Shown: positions 23,859 to 38,267, numbered from the stretch's first letter. The stretch is 64,000 bases of DNA from Octopus vulgaris (GCA_951406725.2 OX597840.1:2480001-2544000), one strand, 5' to 3'. The notes: generated from the sequence alone by a model not told the origin. Translations and numbers: made by a program.

Positions 23859-24092
23859 CATATATACACACACCATATACGAACACTGTTCATGCGTCAT
23901 ATTTACCACCCTTTCAAAACATTATTGGTTGCAATTCCACGATTATAACTTCATTAGTCTTATCATTTGATGATCTTGTTTGTATACATTTTCAATATTT
24001 GTTATTTTTTCTCTGCCATTTCCTATTCACTCCAGGGTGTAGCATAGAGATCGAAATGGAATGACTTGTTCGCTAGTGATACGTTGGCCGGG

Positions 24093-24168
<76 letters not shown>

Positions 24169-24224
24169 CTTCTGGCTGACTAGTAGGTTGGGTAATTGTG
24201 TAGTTCATATCTGGTGTTTTACTA

Positions 24225-24450
24225 TGGCGGCGAGCAGACGGAATCGTTAGCAAAGCGGGTAAAATACTTAGCGGTAATTTGTCCGTCTTTACGTTCTGAG
24301 ATCATATTCCGCCGAGGTTTACTTTGCTTTTCATCATTCCGTGGTCGGTAAAATATGTTTCTGTTGAGCACTGGGGTTAATGTTATCAATTCAATCCCTC
24401 CACCGTGATTCCTGGCCTTGCTTTGTGCTAAAATTCGAATCCGATATCAG
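24225..24450 (+). mobile_element. Degenerate SINE family B
   Basis: GGCGGCGAGC..TTCCGCCGAGGTTTACTTTGCTTTTCATC. Confidence 0.7.
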
Positions 24451-24846
24451 GTGTCTTACTATCAACTATATCCAAAGGCGTTGCACTGGGAGAATTGTTA
24501 CCGACGCGGACAAAATACTTCGCTGCATTTCTCTCAGTTCAAATTACTGTGTGTGTGTGTGTGTGTCTGTGTGTGTGTATGTGTGTGTGTGTGTCCGTGT
24601 CCGCGTGTGTGTGTCTCCGTGTATGTGTTTGTCCTCCACCATCACTTGAAAACCGTTGCTTGTGTGTTTAAATCCCGGTAACATAGTGGCTCGGCAAAAC
24701 GAGTCTGATTAAATAACTGCCAAGATTAACAAAGATTAATTACTAGGGTCAATTCGTTCGACTCGACAAATTCTTCAAGGCTGAGCCCCAGCTTGGCCGC
24801 AGACTATTTTATCTTTTATTTTTTATTTCTTTTACTTATTTCATTA

Positions 24847-25260
24847 ACTCTTTTACTCTTTTACTTGTTTCAGTCATTTGACAGCGGCCATGCTGCAGCA
24901 CCACCTTTTAGTCGGCCAAATCGACCCCAGGACTTATTCTTTGTAAGCCTAGTACTTATTCTATCGGTCTCTTTTGCCGAACCGCTAGGTTACGGGGACG
25001 TAAACACACCAGCATCGGTTGTCAAGCGATGTTGAGGGGACAAACACAGACACACAAACATATACACACACATACATATATATATATATACATATATACA
25101 AAGGGCTCCTTTCAGTTTCCATCTAACAAATCCACTCACAAGGCTTTGGTCGGCCCCAAGCTATAGTAGAAGACACTTACCCAAAGTGCCACGCAGTGGG
25201 ACTGAACCCGGAACCATTTGGTTGGTAAGCAAGCTACTTATCTCACAGCCACTCCGGTGC
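24847..25260 (-). mobile_element. SINE family A, full length (tail-to-tail with a degenerate + copy at ~24620-24800)
   Basis: rc match to 4803-5215. Confidence 0.9.
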
Positions 25261-25790
25261 AAATTACAAGATAAAGATAAAAATATATGAATATTCTAAC
25301 AGAAGAAAAAAACACTTCGGGTCTTCTCTAAACAAGAGTAAAGCAACACCAAAGACTCAGCGCTACACGGCCGCCATTTTAGTCCAGCCGCATAAAACAA
25401 ACAACCAACTAAAACAACCTCCAGCCCATGCCCGTTGTTTTAACTCAATATGTTTATATTGCTACATAATTAAGTAGAAATATTGTACAATAATCTGCCT
25501 CATACTAAGTGTAGTGAGCGCAAGTACTAAAATATCTGCCGTTCTCTAGGCAGTCACTACCACGACCACTATAACAGCCACGGCATCCACCACCACTACC
25601 ACCGCTACAGCAAGCAACGCCATTTCACCTCAGACCAACGAGATACGATGTTATTCAAACAAATTACAAGCGGAAATAATCGATTAGTTATTGATTAGGG
25701 TATTGAGAAATATTGAAAGTTTATTAGCCGAATTATAGCAGAAGGAAAAAAGAAAAAAGAGAAAATCACATATAAAGAATATATATATAG

Positions 25791-25862
<72 letters not shown>

Positions 25863-26146
25863 GTATATATATATAAATTTTGAGAGGAACATGAAGAAGA
25901 TAATATATTCAAAATAAAATATAAATAAAGTAGAGAAAAATAATAAATTAACACATTAAAATTACAATAAAAACGAAATTGATATAAAAAATATAATTCC
26001 AGCTAAATGTTACAGACACACTCGTGCGCCTCCACATAAACGCGTAACATACATACATACATACATACATACATACATACATACATACATACATACACTT
26101 ATGTATCTATTAAAGATAAAAAGAGGTGTATGTGTATCTATACATG

Positions 26147-26200
<54 letters not shown>

Positions 26201-26544
26201 GGGATTATATATATATATATCTATATATATATATACAGAGAGCGAGGGAGATTATATACATATACATGTATATGCAATGTATATGTGTGTTTGTGCATAT
26301 ATATATGTATATGTATACATATACATATACATATATACGCGTGTGTGTGTATGTATGTATTTATGCACTTATACACATTCATATGTACGTGTACACGAAT
26401 ATATACACACGTAATATATATATATAGTACTTATATGTGTATATATATATATATGTATGTGTGTGTGTACATGCATATATACATATAAGCATACATACAT
26501 ATGTACATACATACATGCATAGATAGATATATATATACATATAT

Positions 26545-26768
26545 ATATGTAGGTCCCGGGTTGATTCGGGGTTAACCACAGTAAATAAGGTACTCAATAC
26601 ATAGCAGAGTAAAATTAATTTATTATATAGAAGGAGCTTCTACAGGACTAGAACTGTTTCATTCAAGAGAAATCTTCAGGAAGCTTCCTGAAGATGTGTG
26701 AGCTTCCTGAAGATTTCTCTTGAATGAAACAGTTCTAGTCCTGTAGAAGCTCCTTCTATATAATAAAT
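26545..26768. mobile_element. PLE-type terminal element with fold-back duplication; hammerhead-like fold in both arms
   Basis: Arms 26618-26685 and 26701-26768. AGCUUC-CUGAAGA-UUUCucuuGAAU-GAAA-CAG-uucuaguc-CUG-UA^GAAGCU. Confidence 0.7.
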
Positions 26769-26776
26769 AAATATAC

Positions 26777-26808
<32 letters not shown>

Positions 26809-26953
26809 ATGTATGTATGTATGTACTTATACATGTATATGTATGTATGTATGCATGCACACAGATACACTATACGCTTATACATATATATATATATACA
26901 CACATAATTGTACGTGTGTGTGTGAGTGTGTGTGTGTGTGTGTGAGTGTGTGT

Positions 26954-27019
<66 letters not shown>

Positions 27020-27133
27020 ACACGCAGGGGAAATAACCGTGCGATATTGGATCAGGAACCGCTTCTCATATATATTAATTTAGTGACAGATTTACAACAG
27101 GAACTCAAACGCCAGCCTGCTAGGGAAGCTCAC

Positions 27134-27169
27134 CTCGAAGTCGTTGCCTCTGTCAGAATTGTTGTTCAT
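27134..27169 (-). CDS. Candidate first coding exon (MNNNSDRGNDFE) of an unknown gene
   Basis: Lies in the CpG-rich non-repetitive island 27020-27470. CAACATG context; ends in a strong donor GAG|GTGAGC. No downstream exon found. Confidence 0.2.
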
Positions 27170-27478
27170 GTTGTCGTCTTCGTCGCCATTGCAATCGTCC
27201 TTCTTGCTTCTGTTGTTACTGTTGCCGTTGTTCTCCACTCCGTCTCTTTTCTTTCCTGTTCCAAAATGTTGCCGAGGTCATCTTTGATATTCGTACTCTC
27301 TCCGTAATCGACGAAACTAAAGTAAGGCAGAGCATTAAACTGGATTTGTCAACCCTCCACACGTAGCTGTTCTGCTGTATTTTTTCGCTTTTCGCCGAGC
27401 TCTGCTTTCAAATCGGACATTTTACGAGCGAAAAATCGCTAAATGAAACTAACTTCAATTCCTCTTCCACACTGTATA

Positions 27479-27562
<84 letters not shown>

Positions 27563-27565
<3 letters not shown>

Positions 27566-27743
27566 TTTTCCTCTCCCCCTTTTTTTTAACCCCTCTTTTT
27601 TTTGTCCTCTTTCTCTCCTTTTACGATCCCATTTGATCGAAACTCCCCCTTCCTTCTTTTTTTTTTTTAAACCTTCAAAAGAAAAGCTCTACCTTGTAAT
27701 TTGTTCTATCTGTGTGCAGCCCTGTGTGGCTAATAAAGAAACA

Positions 27744-27815
<72 letters not shown>

Positions 27816-28565
27816 AATCTATCTATCTATCTATCTATCTATCGTCAATATTGTCATGCCTCCTTCCTTCAAACGGGAAGGAAGAGCTATTTTCATCATC
27901 CTTGTAGCTATGGCGAAAGAATGTATCTGGTGGACGCGTCTGAAAGGATTGGAGACAAACACTTTCCTCTCTGGTCAATCTCTCATCAACTTCTTCAAGT
28001 ACCACATGGAAAGGAAAGTGAGAGTAGAGAGGCAAGTTTTGTCTAGCGAACGTTTTAAAAAAAGATGGGTGAATGTAGCAAGGATGGCACGTATGAATGA
28101 CGCGAAGCCACCTTGAGCATAATCCTATGAACCCAGAAATTGAAAACAGAGGGTTACCCACTTGCAAACAAATGTGGTAACATATAACAATATTGACCAA
28201 CGTTACCGCGGTCTTTTTCGTAGGCTTTTCTTCCCACGGAAAAACCTTACTTGCTTTCCCCTTTATATCATACACCATAACACTGTGATACACGATCCCT
28301 ATTGATCGTTTTTTTCCTCTTCCCCTGTTTTTCCCCTTTTTCTTCTTTTTTTCATTTCTCTTTTCTTTTGTTCCTTTTCCTTTTCTCTTTTTTCTTTCTT
28401 GTTCTTTTTCCCATTTACGATCCCTTTTGATCGAAAACCTACGCCACCTTTTTTTTGTTTCTTTTGTTACTTGTTTTTTTTTTGGGTTTTTTCATCCCCA
28501 AAAGAAAAGCTCTACCTTGTAACTTGTCCCATCTGTGTGCAGCCCTGTGTGGCCAATAAAGAAAC

Positions 28566-28568
<3 letters not shown>
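27563..28568 (+). mobile_element. Two 5'-truncated Tx1/L1-clade LINE 3' ends, each embedded in (TATC)n
   Basis: ORF piece ILVAMAKECIWWTR..FFKYHMERKVRVER..FKKRW resembles the Tx1 ORF2 C-terminus. Shared 3' end AAAAGAAAAGCTCTACCTTGTAA..AATAAAGAAAC at ~27677-27742 and ~28500-28566. Confidence 0.75.
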
Positions 28569-28653
<85 letters not shown>

Positions 28654-28767
28654 ATATATATATATATATATATATCTATATATATATATATATACCTATC
28701 TGTCTGTCTGTCTGTCGTTCTGTTTGTCTACCTATATGTTTATGTATCTATCTATCTATCTACCTAC

Positions 28768-28801
<34 letters not shown>

Positions 28802-29154
28802 CTCTATCTATTTCTCTAATTATCTTTCAATATCTTTGTCACTAAGTTTTTAACTGAGCTGTTAATCTCTCTCTCTCTCTCTTTCTCTTTTTCTCTCTCC
28901 CTCTCTCTCGATTTATCTATCTGTCTGATACTCTGATTGTCCGTCTGTCTGTTTGTCTCGGTGTCTACTACTGGGTATTACTTTGTTTACATCCCTGTAA
29001 TCTATTTCCTCGGCGTAAGAGACGTCTCGAACGTGTAAAATTTTTTAAATACCAAGTTATAGAATCGATGTTTCGACTAAAGAAAACGCCACCAATGCGA
29101 AGCCCAGGCATGGCTGCAGTCCAATGACTGAAACCAGCAAAAGATAAAAGATAA

Positions 29155-29187
<33 letters not shown>

Positions 29188-29427
29188 TATTCTTGTACAC
29201 CAGAGAAAGACACACACATGTACTCACAATTACATAGAGAGACAATCGCTTTTTTTTTCTCTTACATAAACACACACAAACAGGCGAAGCCTTCTTTAGG
29301 TGACCCAATCACATGATGACGAGCGCCATCTCACTTCCTCCTGGACAAGAACCGAATATTCACAAACACACACTCACACACACACACATACACACATACA
29401 CCAGGCAGTGGTAATGTCTCACATTAA

Positions 29428-29658
29428 GGCGGCGAGCTGGAAGAAACGTTAGCACGCCGGGCGAAATGCTGAGCGGTATTTCGTCTGCCGCTACGTACTG
29501 AGTTCAAATTCCGCCGAGGTCGACTTTACCTTTCATCCTTTCGGGGTCGATAAATTAAGTACCAGTTACGCACAGGGGTCGATGTAATCGACTTAATACC
29601 TATGACTGTCCTTGTTTGTCCCTTCTATGTTTAGCCCCTTGTGGGTAATAAAGAAATG
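29428..29658 (+). mobile_element. SINE family B, full length, 14-bp TSD
   Basis: TSD GGTAATGTCTCACA at 29410-29423 and 29659-29672. Confidence 0.92.
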
Positions 29659-30200
29659 GGTAATGTCTCACACACTTAAACAGTGTCCAACAATGTCCTA
29701 GAGATACAGATATTGGAACCTAAGGATCCAATATTTACGGCATCACACAAGCACTCACATGCATACAGTCCCACACACATATAAAGATAAAGAAATACGG
29801 ACACGCACACAGAAGCAACCTCATATGTACGCACACATACACACACATCTCTCTATCTCTCTCTTGAGTAAATTCATATAGAAAAACTCGTGACATCTAC
29901 CTCCTTCAAGTGCAAGAAACACATGATCAGACATACACACACGCACACCCGCATCGACGTATTCACACACACACACAGACACACATACGCACACATGTAT
30001 ACACACGCGCATATGCACACGCGCACGCACACACACACACAGGTACACTCTCACTTATGCACACACACACAAACATTTACAAAACCACACACGAGCTCAG
30101 AGGCACTCCCTCTTGTACATACGCAGATTTTCACCTTTCTCTTAAAATCGCACACATATAATCACGCGCCATCTACCTCGTACGAACCCAAGAAACACAA

Positions 30201-30234
<34 letters not shown>

Positions 30235-30989
30235 ATGCAAACACCACAAATATATATATATGCACGTGCACAAACACACAACCGCACACAGAAAGGCCGT
30301 CTTATGCACATTCACAGTTACAGACCCGCAAGCGCTCACCTCCATTTTAAAGACATACCTACATCCAACCGAGCGCCATCTACCTGCTTCGTGCACAAGA
30401 GATCCATATTCACACACACACACACATACACAAATACACAAACACGTACACATACATACATACAAAGACACGCACACAGGTAATCTTACACACGCTCAGG
30501 CTCACACACAAACAGGCGTTTACCACCATTTTAATCACATACCTACACGCAAACGCGGGCCGTGCACATATACACACATACCAAATTACCTAGAAACCCA
30601 AGCATGGTAATCCGTACTTACAAACACTCACACATACCACAAATATGACATCGAATGTTGTAAGCCGACACATTCTTGCCTTAAAATATTGAATTATTAC
30701 TGTCAGAAGACGAAGTGGGAATTTTCGCCACGAAATGAAAGCGAAAGTTGATATACGACCATTTTCGCCATCTTAGCTCTCGCACAAACTGACAATGAGC
30801 CAGGCGAGCGCAAAGCGTTGATTAACACCTCCTGGTAATAATATGTACACACAGAGATAGGTTACTTTCTGACTTAATCTGCATATATTGAATACGGAGG
30901 TCTCAGCTCCCAGACTCGAAAATGTCCGGCTATTTGATCTCATTGCAAATTGTTGCAGGTATTCTGGTTGCTGAAGATTTGTTTCGTAA

Positions 30990-32400
30990 TGGTGATGGGA
31001 GTAGCAGTTGTGTTAATGATGGTTGTGGTGGTGGTAGTGATGGTCTTAGTGGTGGTGGAGGTGGTGGCTGGTTGTGATGGTGGTGGTGGTGGTGGTGGTG
31101 CGTCGCTGGTTGTTATGGTTGTGGTCTTTCTGATGTCTGCTGTCGTTGTTGCCAATATGTGTGGTGGTGGATGTGATGATGGTGACGATGACGATGGTGG
31201 TGGTGGTGGTGGTGGTGGTGGTGGTGGTGGTGTTGGTGTGGTTGTGGTAGTTGTGGTGGTGGTGGTGATGGTGGTTGTGGTGGTGGTAGTGATGGTCTTA
31301 GTGGTGGTGGAGGTGGTGGCTGGTTGTGATGGTGGTGGTGGTGGTGGTGGTGGTGATGGTGGTGGTCTTTCTGATGTCTGCTGTCGTTGTTGCCAATATG
31401 TTTGGTGGTGGATGTGATGATGGTGACGATGATGATGGTGGTGGTGGTGGTAGTTGTGGTGGTGATTGTGGTAGTTGCGGCGGTGGTGGTGGTGTTGGTT
31501 GTGGTAGTTGTGGTGGTTGTGTTGGTGGGGGGTGATGGTGGTGGCGGTGGTGGCGGTGGTGGTTGTGGTTGTGGGAGTTGTGGTGGTGGTGGTAGTTGTG
31601 GTGGTGGTGGTGGTGGTGGTGGTGGTGGTGGCGCTGGTGGTGTTTGTGGTTATGGTAGTTGTGGTGGTGGTGGAATTGGTTGTGGTTGTGGTAGTTGTGG
31701 TGGTGGTGGTAGTGGCGGCGGTGGTAGTTGTGGTAGTTGTGGTGGTAGTTGTGGTGGTAGTAGTGGAGCTAATGCTGCTTCTGCAGATGATGATGGTGTA
31801 GCAGTGATGTTGGTGATGAATGTAATGATGACGATGATGATAATGATGGTTGTAGTGGTCGTGGTGCTGGTGGTCGTTGTGCTGGTGGTAGTGGCGGTGG
31901 TGGTAGTGGTGATTGTAGTGGTGGTGGTGGAAGGGTAGTGATAATACTTCTGCAAATGATGATGATGGGGTTAGTGGTAATGGTGGCGGTGGTAATGATG
32001 ATGATGATGATGTCGACGACGACGACGACGACGATGATGATGATGGTGGTGGTGGTGATGGTGGTGAAGGTGGATGATGTAGGTAGTGTCCTTTGAGTTG
32101 ATAGTCATAATGGTGGCAGTAGTGGCTTTGTTAATGGTTGTGGTGTTAATGGTTGTGGTGGTGATGGTTGTGGTGGTGTGGTAATGCTGGTGGGGATGTT
32201 GGTGCTGGTGATGATGATGGTGACGGTGGTGGTAATGGTTGTGACAAATGTGCCGGTGGTGGTGGTGGTGGTGATGTTAAAGATAATGGTAATTGTGTTG
32301 GTGGTGATGGAAGGTGGTGGCGGCGGCGGCGGTGGTGATGGTGGTGGTGCGGGGGGGGGTTATGGTAGTACAGCTGCTGCTGGTGCTGCTGGTGATGGTT
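30990..32400. repeat. (GGT)n/(GAT)n low-complexity block with ~250-bp internal duplication
   Basis: 31020-31200 repeats at 31270-31450. Confidence 0.92.
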
Positions 32401-32805
32401 TGTATGGAAAAGATCAATTCGTGTTAGATCTGATGACCTAATACTCAGAGCATGGGTTTGCTAAACTAACACTTGTGTTATCCTTGAAACGGCTGTAAGA
32501 CTTCTAATTAAATTATCCTAAATGACTTGAGATACTCGTTCTATCTTGGTTTTTACGTTCATGGGTGAACTCTGTTTTGGATTAACAAACACAGGATGAT
32601 GTGGCTGCCTGCAATACATTTGGTGAAAGACATGGTTCATGAGCGCTGAGGGAGAAATAAAGAACAATGACAGGAACAAAAACAGCAACAACAACAGCAA
32701 CAACAAACACAAAAACAGCAGCAACAACAATATCCACAATGCCATAGTTTGTAGAGTGCCTTAAACTAAATTCGCATTGGGAATTGAATTCAGCCCCAAT
32801 GATCA

Positions 32806-33352
32806 TGGTTTTGTGATTGCAGCTCTCACGTGAAATCGGGCTTTGTACAGCTCCTGGTGAATAGTTTTAGTGGAAACTGGCTTCTCGTGGTGGTCATTAA
32901 GCTCTGCAGTAATCTTGGGACCTGTATTTTTGTGATCCTTTCTTACAATTCGCGTAAGAGTCCAACGATCCCTATCATAAAGTTTTCGATTTCTTCAGGA
33001 ATGTTCTTTCGACGAGGAGGTTTTTCCCTACTTCTCAAAGGCTGCCATTACTTTCGGGAGAGTACTTCTGGTTACACCAGACATTTCAGCTGTTTCCGTA
33101 ACGCTAGCGCCTGCCAAACGAACACCAACAATTTGACCTCTTTCAAAGTCCGATAGATCTGTAATTTTATTGAATTTTAATTAACTTTTTATGCTCGTAT
33201 CTGAAAAGGAACGACAATTTTATCAAAACATATTAAGTTACAATAATAGTAAATCAAAGAACCATAAAAATAATAAAGTTTTTGACGGTTTTATAGATAA
33301 TTCAGAATTATTATGTTATGATGCTATGTGTTTCCATTATTTTGTCCAACGC

Positions 33353-33355
<3 letters not shown>
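32806..33355 (-). mobile_element. Tc1-like transposon 5' part (TIR + N-terminal transposase pseudogene)
   Basis: 33165-32806 translates ITDLSDFERGQIVGVRLAGASVTETA..DRDRWTLTRIVRKDH..ITAELNDH..VSTKTIHQELYK..AAITKP with 2 stops. TIR CAGGCGTTGGACAAAATAATGGAAACAC. Confidence 0.9.
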
Positions 33356-33408
<53 letters not shown>

Positions 33409-33704
33409 GTAAGTATGTATGAATGTATGTATGTATATATATATGCATGTATGCATATTTCGGTGTTAATGTGTCCGCGTCTCTACTTGTATCTATAACG
33501 GTGCGTCGATATACGTGTGTGGCATTGTACATATATCTATATACGTGTGTCTATGTACATATGTCCACATATATACATAAATGAGTTTGTGTATGCTTCT
33601 TTGAGAGGTTCCATGTGTTATATATATATATCTGTATATGCAGGTGTCCGCATATTTTTTTTCGTGTATAGGTCTTGATTTCATATATATCATCTTATTA
33701 TCAT

Positions 33705-33925
<221 letters not shown>

Positions 33926-34623
33926 TATATATGTTTTATTGCAGCTGAATATTCTTCCTTTATTTTCGTTTTTATATATTCCTAGCCAATATCGTATTTA
34001 TATTAAATCGAGCGTTTAAAATGTAACAGAAATAAATATATGAATGTAGGAAAAAAAAATCGACAAAATTTATAGATGAAAAAAAATGCAAACACATACA
34101 AGCGAAAAGATACAAAGACACATACACAAAGACACAAACACACACACGCACATATGGACATACTTTCCCGCATATATAAACACACATACACACAAATATA
34201 CTTGCTCGTGCACACACATAAATTTGATGGAGATATATATATTGAAAAATGTAGATAAATTTATAATACAAAAAAATATTATGAATTCACCATAAGAATC
34301 ATAACGTGAAGGTAAGATCTGATATACATGCCGGGGGATATAAAAATGTATATATAAATATATATATATGTGTGTGTATGTTTGTGTGTGTGTGTATGTG
34401 TGTGTGTGTATGTATATATATTTATACATATATATATAAATATATGCCTTATTGTATACAGGTAGGTATATTCTATTAGACGCACGAGGTCACACGCTTA
34501 CGCACATATATATATAAAGATAGAGAGATAAATAGATAGACACATAGATAGATGGATTTATAGCCAAATAGATAGATAGATAGATAGATAGATAAATAGT
34601 TAGATAGATGGATTTATAGACAA

Positions 34624-34692
<69 letters not shown>

Positions 34693-34787
34693 GTGATATA
34701 TATCTACGTTTACATATATATGTGGGTCTCTATGTGTGTGTATATATATGTATACATATATATACTTGTATATATACATATGTATAA

Positions 34788-34856
<69 letters not shown>

Positions 34857-35204
34857 AATATATATATGCAAGTACTACGTACATAACTACCTAACAAACA
34901 TATGAAAGATGATATATATGAAAATAGTAGAACTAATACACATATCAAACAGTTTAATGAAACTAAACGATATCATAACAGGAAAAAGAAGTTATCAGCA
35001 GATTTGTACACTAAATTTATACTTATTTATAGGCACGTGATACATTCTTGAGTGCCATATACAATTTGTGTGCGTGTATGTGTATGTATATGTGTGTATG
35101 ATGCACGTTTGTGTATATACAAATATATATATATGTATATATATGTATATACATATATATATATATATGTATATATATGTATATACATATATGTACGTAT
35201 ATAC

Positions 35205-35254
<50 letters not shown>

Positions 35255-35443
35255 ACTGACAAACCCACACATACACCAATGTTTGCATTGACATATATAT
35301 ACATGTGTATACATCTATATATATTGGGCAATCAACAAATATAAAAAAAACAGTTGTTTTTACAAATATTCCATATATATACATATATATATATATATAT
35401 GTATGTATATGTATATGTATATGTATATATTTATATATATGTA

Positions 35444-35480
<37 letters not shown>

Positions 35481-35566
35481 TTACCTACATATTGACATGT
35501 GTGTGCCGTCGTATACTTATGTGTATATATGTGTGTGTGTGTTTTATATATATACATATATACATG

Positions 35567-35632
<66 letters not shown>

Positions 35633-36169
35633 CTGCAAACATATATAGATGTAGATAAATATATGTCTCTCCCTATATATACATATATATGTATACATAT
35701 ATATATATGTATATGTGTGTGTGTATATATATATATATCTATATATATATACACATACACACATATACATATGTACATATGTATGAATGCACGTATGTGT
35801 ATATATATATTCATATTAGTACGTATATATGTATATATGTGTGTAGATATAGATATATGTGTTTATGTTGCTGTACATACAATTATGTATGTACTTCTCT
35901 ATGTGTATATACCTTCTACGCATGTATGAATATATAGTATTTGATTTTTATTTCCAATTATTTCAAGTCAATCGTATAAAATCTTTGCGCACATCCTCGG
36001 GAGTGCTTATGTGGGCAATTTGATATTTTTCTAAACGTTCTCCATCTATCTATGTTTCCTAAAATATATTAAATGTCCCACAATGTAATCACAACAACAA
36101 CATCGACAATGATTATTGTAATAGTAATAGTAAAAACAAATTGAGTAATAATAATAGTAACAACAACGA

Positions 36170-36172
36170 CAA

Positions 36173-36248
<76 letters not shown>

Positions 36249-36253
36249 TAATA

Positions 36254-36338
<85 letters not shown>

Positions 36339-36690
36339 GGAAGGATGAGGAAAGGATAAGAGAAGAAGAATAAAAAAAAGAACAAGAAAATGAATGAGAA
36401 GAAGAAGAAGAAGAAGAAGAAGAAGAAGAAGAAGAAAAAGAACAACAAAAAGAAGAAGAGGAAATAGAGGAAGAAGAAAAGGGAGGAGAAGAAGGAGAAG
36501 AAGAAGAAGAAGAAGAAGAAGAAGAAGAAGAAGAAGAAGAAGAAGAAGAAGAAGAAGAAGAAGAAGAAGGAGAAGAAGAAGATGAAGAAGAAGAAGAAGA
36601 AAAAGAAGAACAAGATTAAGAACAAGAACAAGAAGAAGAAAAGAACAACAACAACAGCAAAAGCAGCAAGAACAAGAAGAACAAAAAATA
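36170..36690. repeat. (TAC)n-(TAA)n-(GAA)n compound microsatellite
   Basis: Directly visible. Confidence 0.95.
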
Positions 36691-37365
36691 TATGGATCAA
36701 AAGAAGTCATTATTTACCACGAAGAGCAGAGTGTTAAGTGAACGTAGAAAGATGCGCTGGCAGAAATTTCTGGCGTTGTTTACATCTCATCGAGCGTGAT
36801 ATGATATGTGCAATACTATAATAGTTTACAAACATCAAGAAATAGACTGTCTCTCCAGCGGCTTCGGACACCGGTCTTCAGTCATGGAGCTCTACAGAGT
36901 CAGGGTTAGCGTTTTTCAGGAAAAGGAAATACTTTTCTATTAAGTACTTCCAATGCGTGACATGATGTGCAGGCAAATAGGACATTTATTAATATTAACC
37001 ATAGAGATTTTCTATAGAATTCATACACAGTTCTGTGATGTAAATCGCACTGCTAACACCGTAGAACACAATTTTGATTTATAACAACGTTTAACATACT
37101 TTATAGTATATCATGGTTGCATAATGACATAAGGTGTCCCTACAGGCCATTTATGATTACAGAACATTTTAGAAAGATATGGGCATAAATTGTCCCCGTA
37201 TGAACCTAATTCATCAGTCTTCAAACAGAGATCATACTGATAAGGGATTAACGTTATTGTGAAAGGTAGGTGCGTTCTGTACTCCAGGGTCATGGCGAGC
37301 TGTTATAGACCATAATATTACAGTTTAAAATAGGAAATTAAAATTGTTCAAGAAGGACCCTAAGC

Positions 37366-37507
37366 CAGTGCTCTGCAACATGTGCCTTCCAAAATTCAGC
37401 GTCACATTAAAAGTATAGGGGAAAACTATATTCGGGTTACACTGCGCGACACCCAACATTGTCTCGTGACATACTAGTGCGTCGCAGCACACTGCTGGGG
37501 AGCGCTG
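37366..37507. mobile_element. hAT (Charlie-like) MITE
   Basis: Imperfect TIRs CAGTGCTCTGCAAC / GCTGGGGAGCGCTG; 8-bp TSD CCCTAAGC / CCCTTAGC. Confidence 0.65.
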
Positions 37508-37907
37508 CCCTTAGCCACTTGTGTTTAAACAGGGAGGCCTACAAAGACAAGATTAACATTTTTGAGGAAAAGGAATTGTGTTCTGTTAAGTAATTATTAT
37601 TTATTAATTATTTATTTATTATCTTGCTTTTTTTTCTACTGAACCACTCTGAGCAATCTCATTCAAATTTCATCGAATTTGGTGTTTTTCTTATTTTATT
37701 CTTTGACTGCAACCATGATGGAGCAGCGCTTCCGAGGGTTGAGTCGAACAAATCTATCCCAGTATTTGATTCTAAGCCTGGCACTCATTATTTTGTTCCT
37801 TCTTTTCGAACCGCTAGGTTAGCGGAACGCACACAAAATCACACGGCTCATCAAGCGGTAATGGAGGACAAACACAAAACACACAGGCAACATAGACACG
37901 CCTATAT

Positions 37908-38266
37908 ATGGTGGCTGCCCTCTCGTTATCGAGTATGGCCATTACACGAAGCTTAATCAATGTTGTTATCGTGCAATGCCTGTGCAAGAAGATTTTTTTT
38001 AAAGTGAGGAAAAGCTGTGCACTGAGTCAATCTCACTCACTAAGCAACAGCAGCCATAATCCGAAAACAAGAACAAGTCAACATAATCGTTAACCACTGA
38101 GCCGGAAGTTTTATGTCGGAGTTATCCCAGTTACCTGAGTTAGCTTCTCCTAGAAGGATGCCTTAACAAAGGCTAGGAGTCCTTCACTCTCAATGGTTTA
38201 AGCGCGCGATTGGGTATCCAGTCCGATTATTTCTATGTCCCCGCGCATGATGCATCCCTCCTGATA
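37908..38266 (-). mobile_element. RTE-related non-autonomous element fragment
   Basis: rc GGGGACATAGAAATAATCGGACTG..GAGTGAAGGACTCCTA.CCTTTGTTA.GGCATCCTTCTAGGA is shared with 41479-41562. The TCTAGGAGAAG..AACTC motif resembles RTE 5' UTRs. Confidence 0.55.
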
Positions 38267-38267
38267 T

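Noticed and set aside
31387-31938. Gly/Cys-rich GGCGCGSCGGG ORF resembling keratin-associated or structural proteins
   Set aside because: Arises from degenerate (GGT/TGT/AGT)n; the reading drifts into poly-Val and no exon boundaries are evident.
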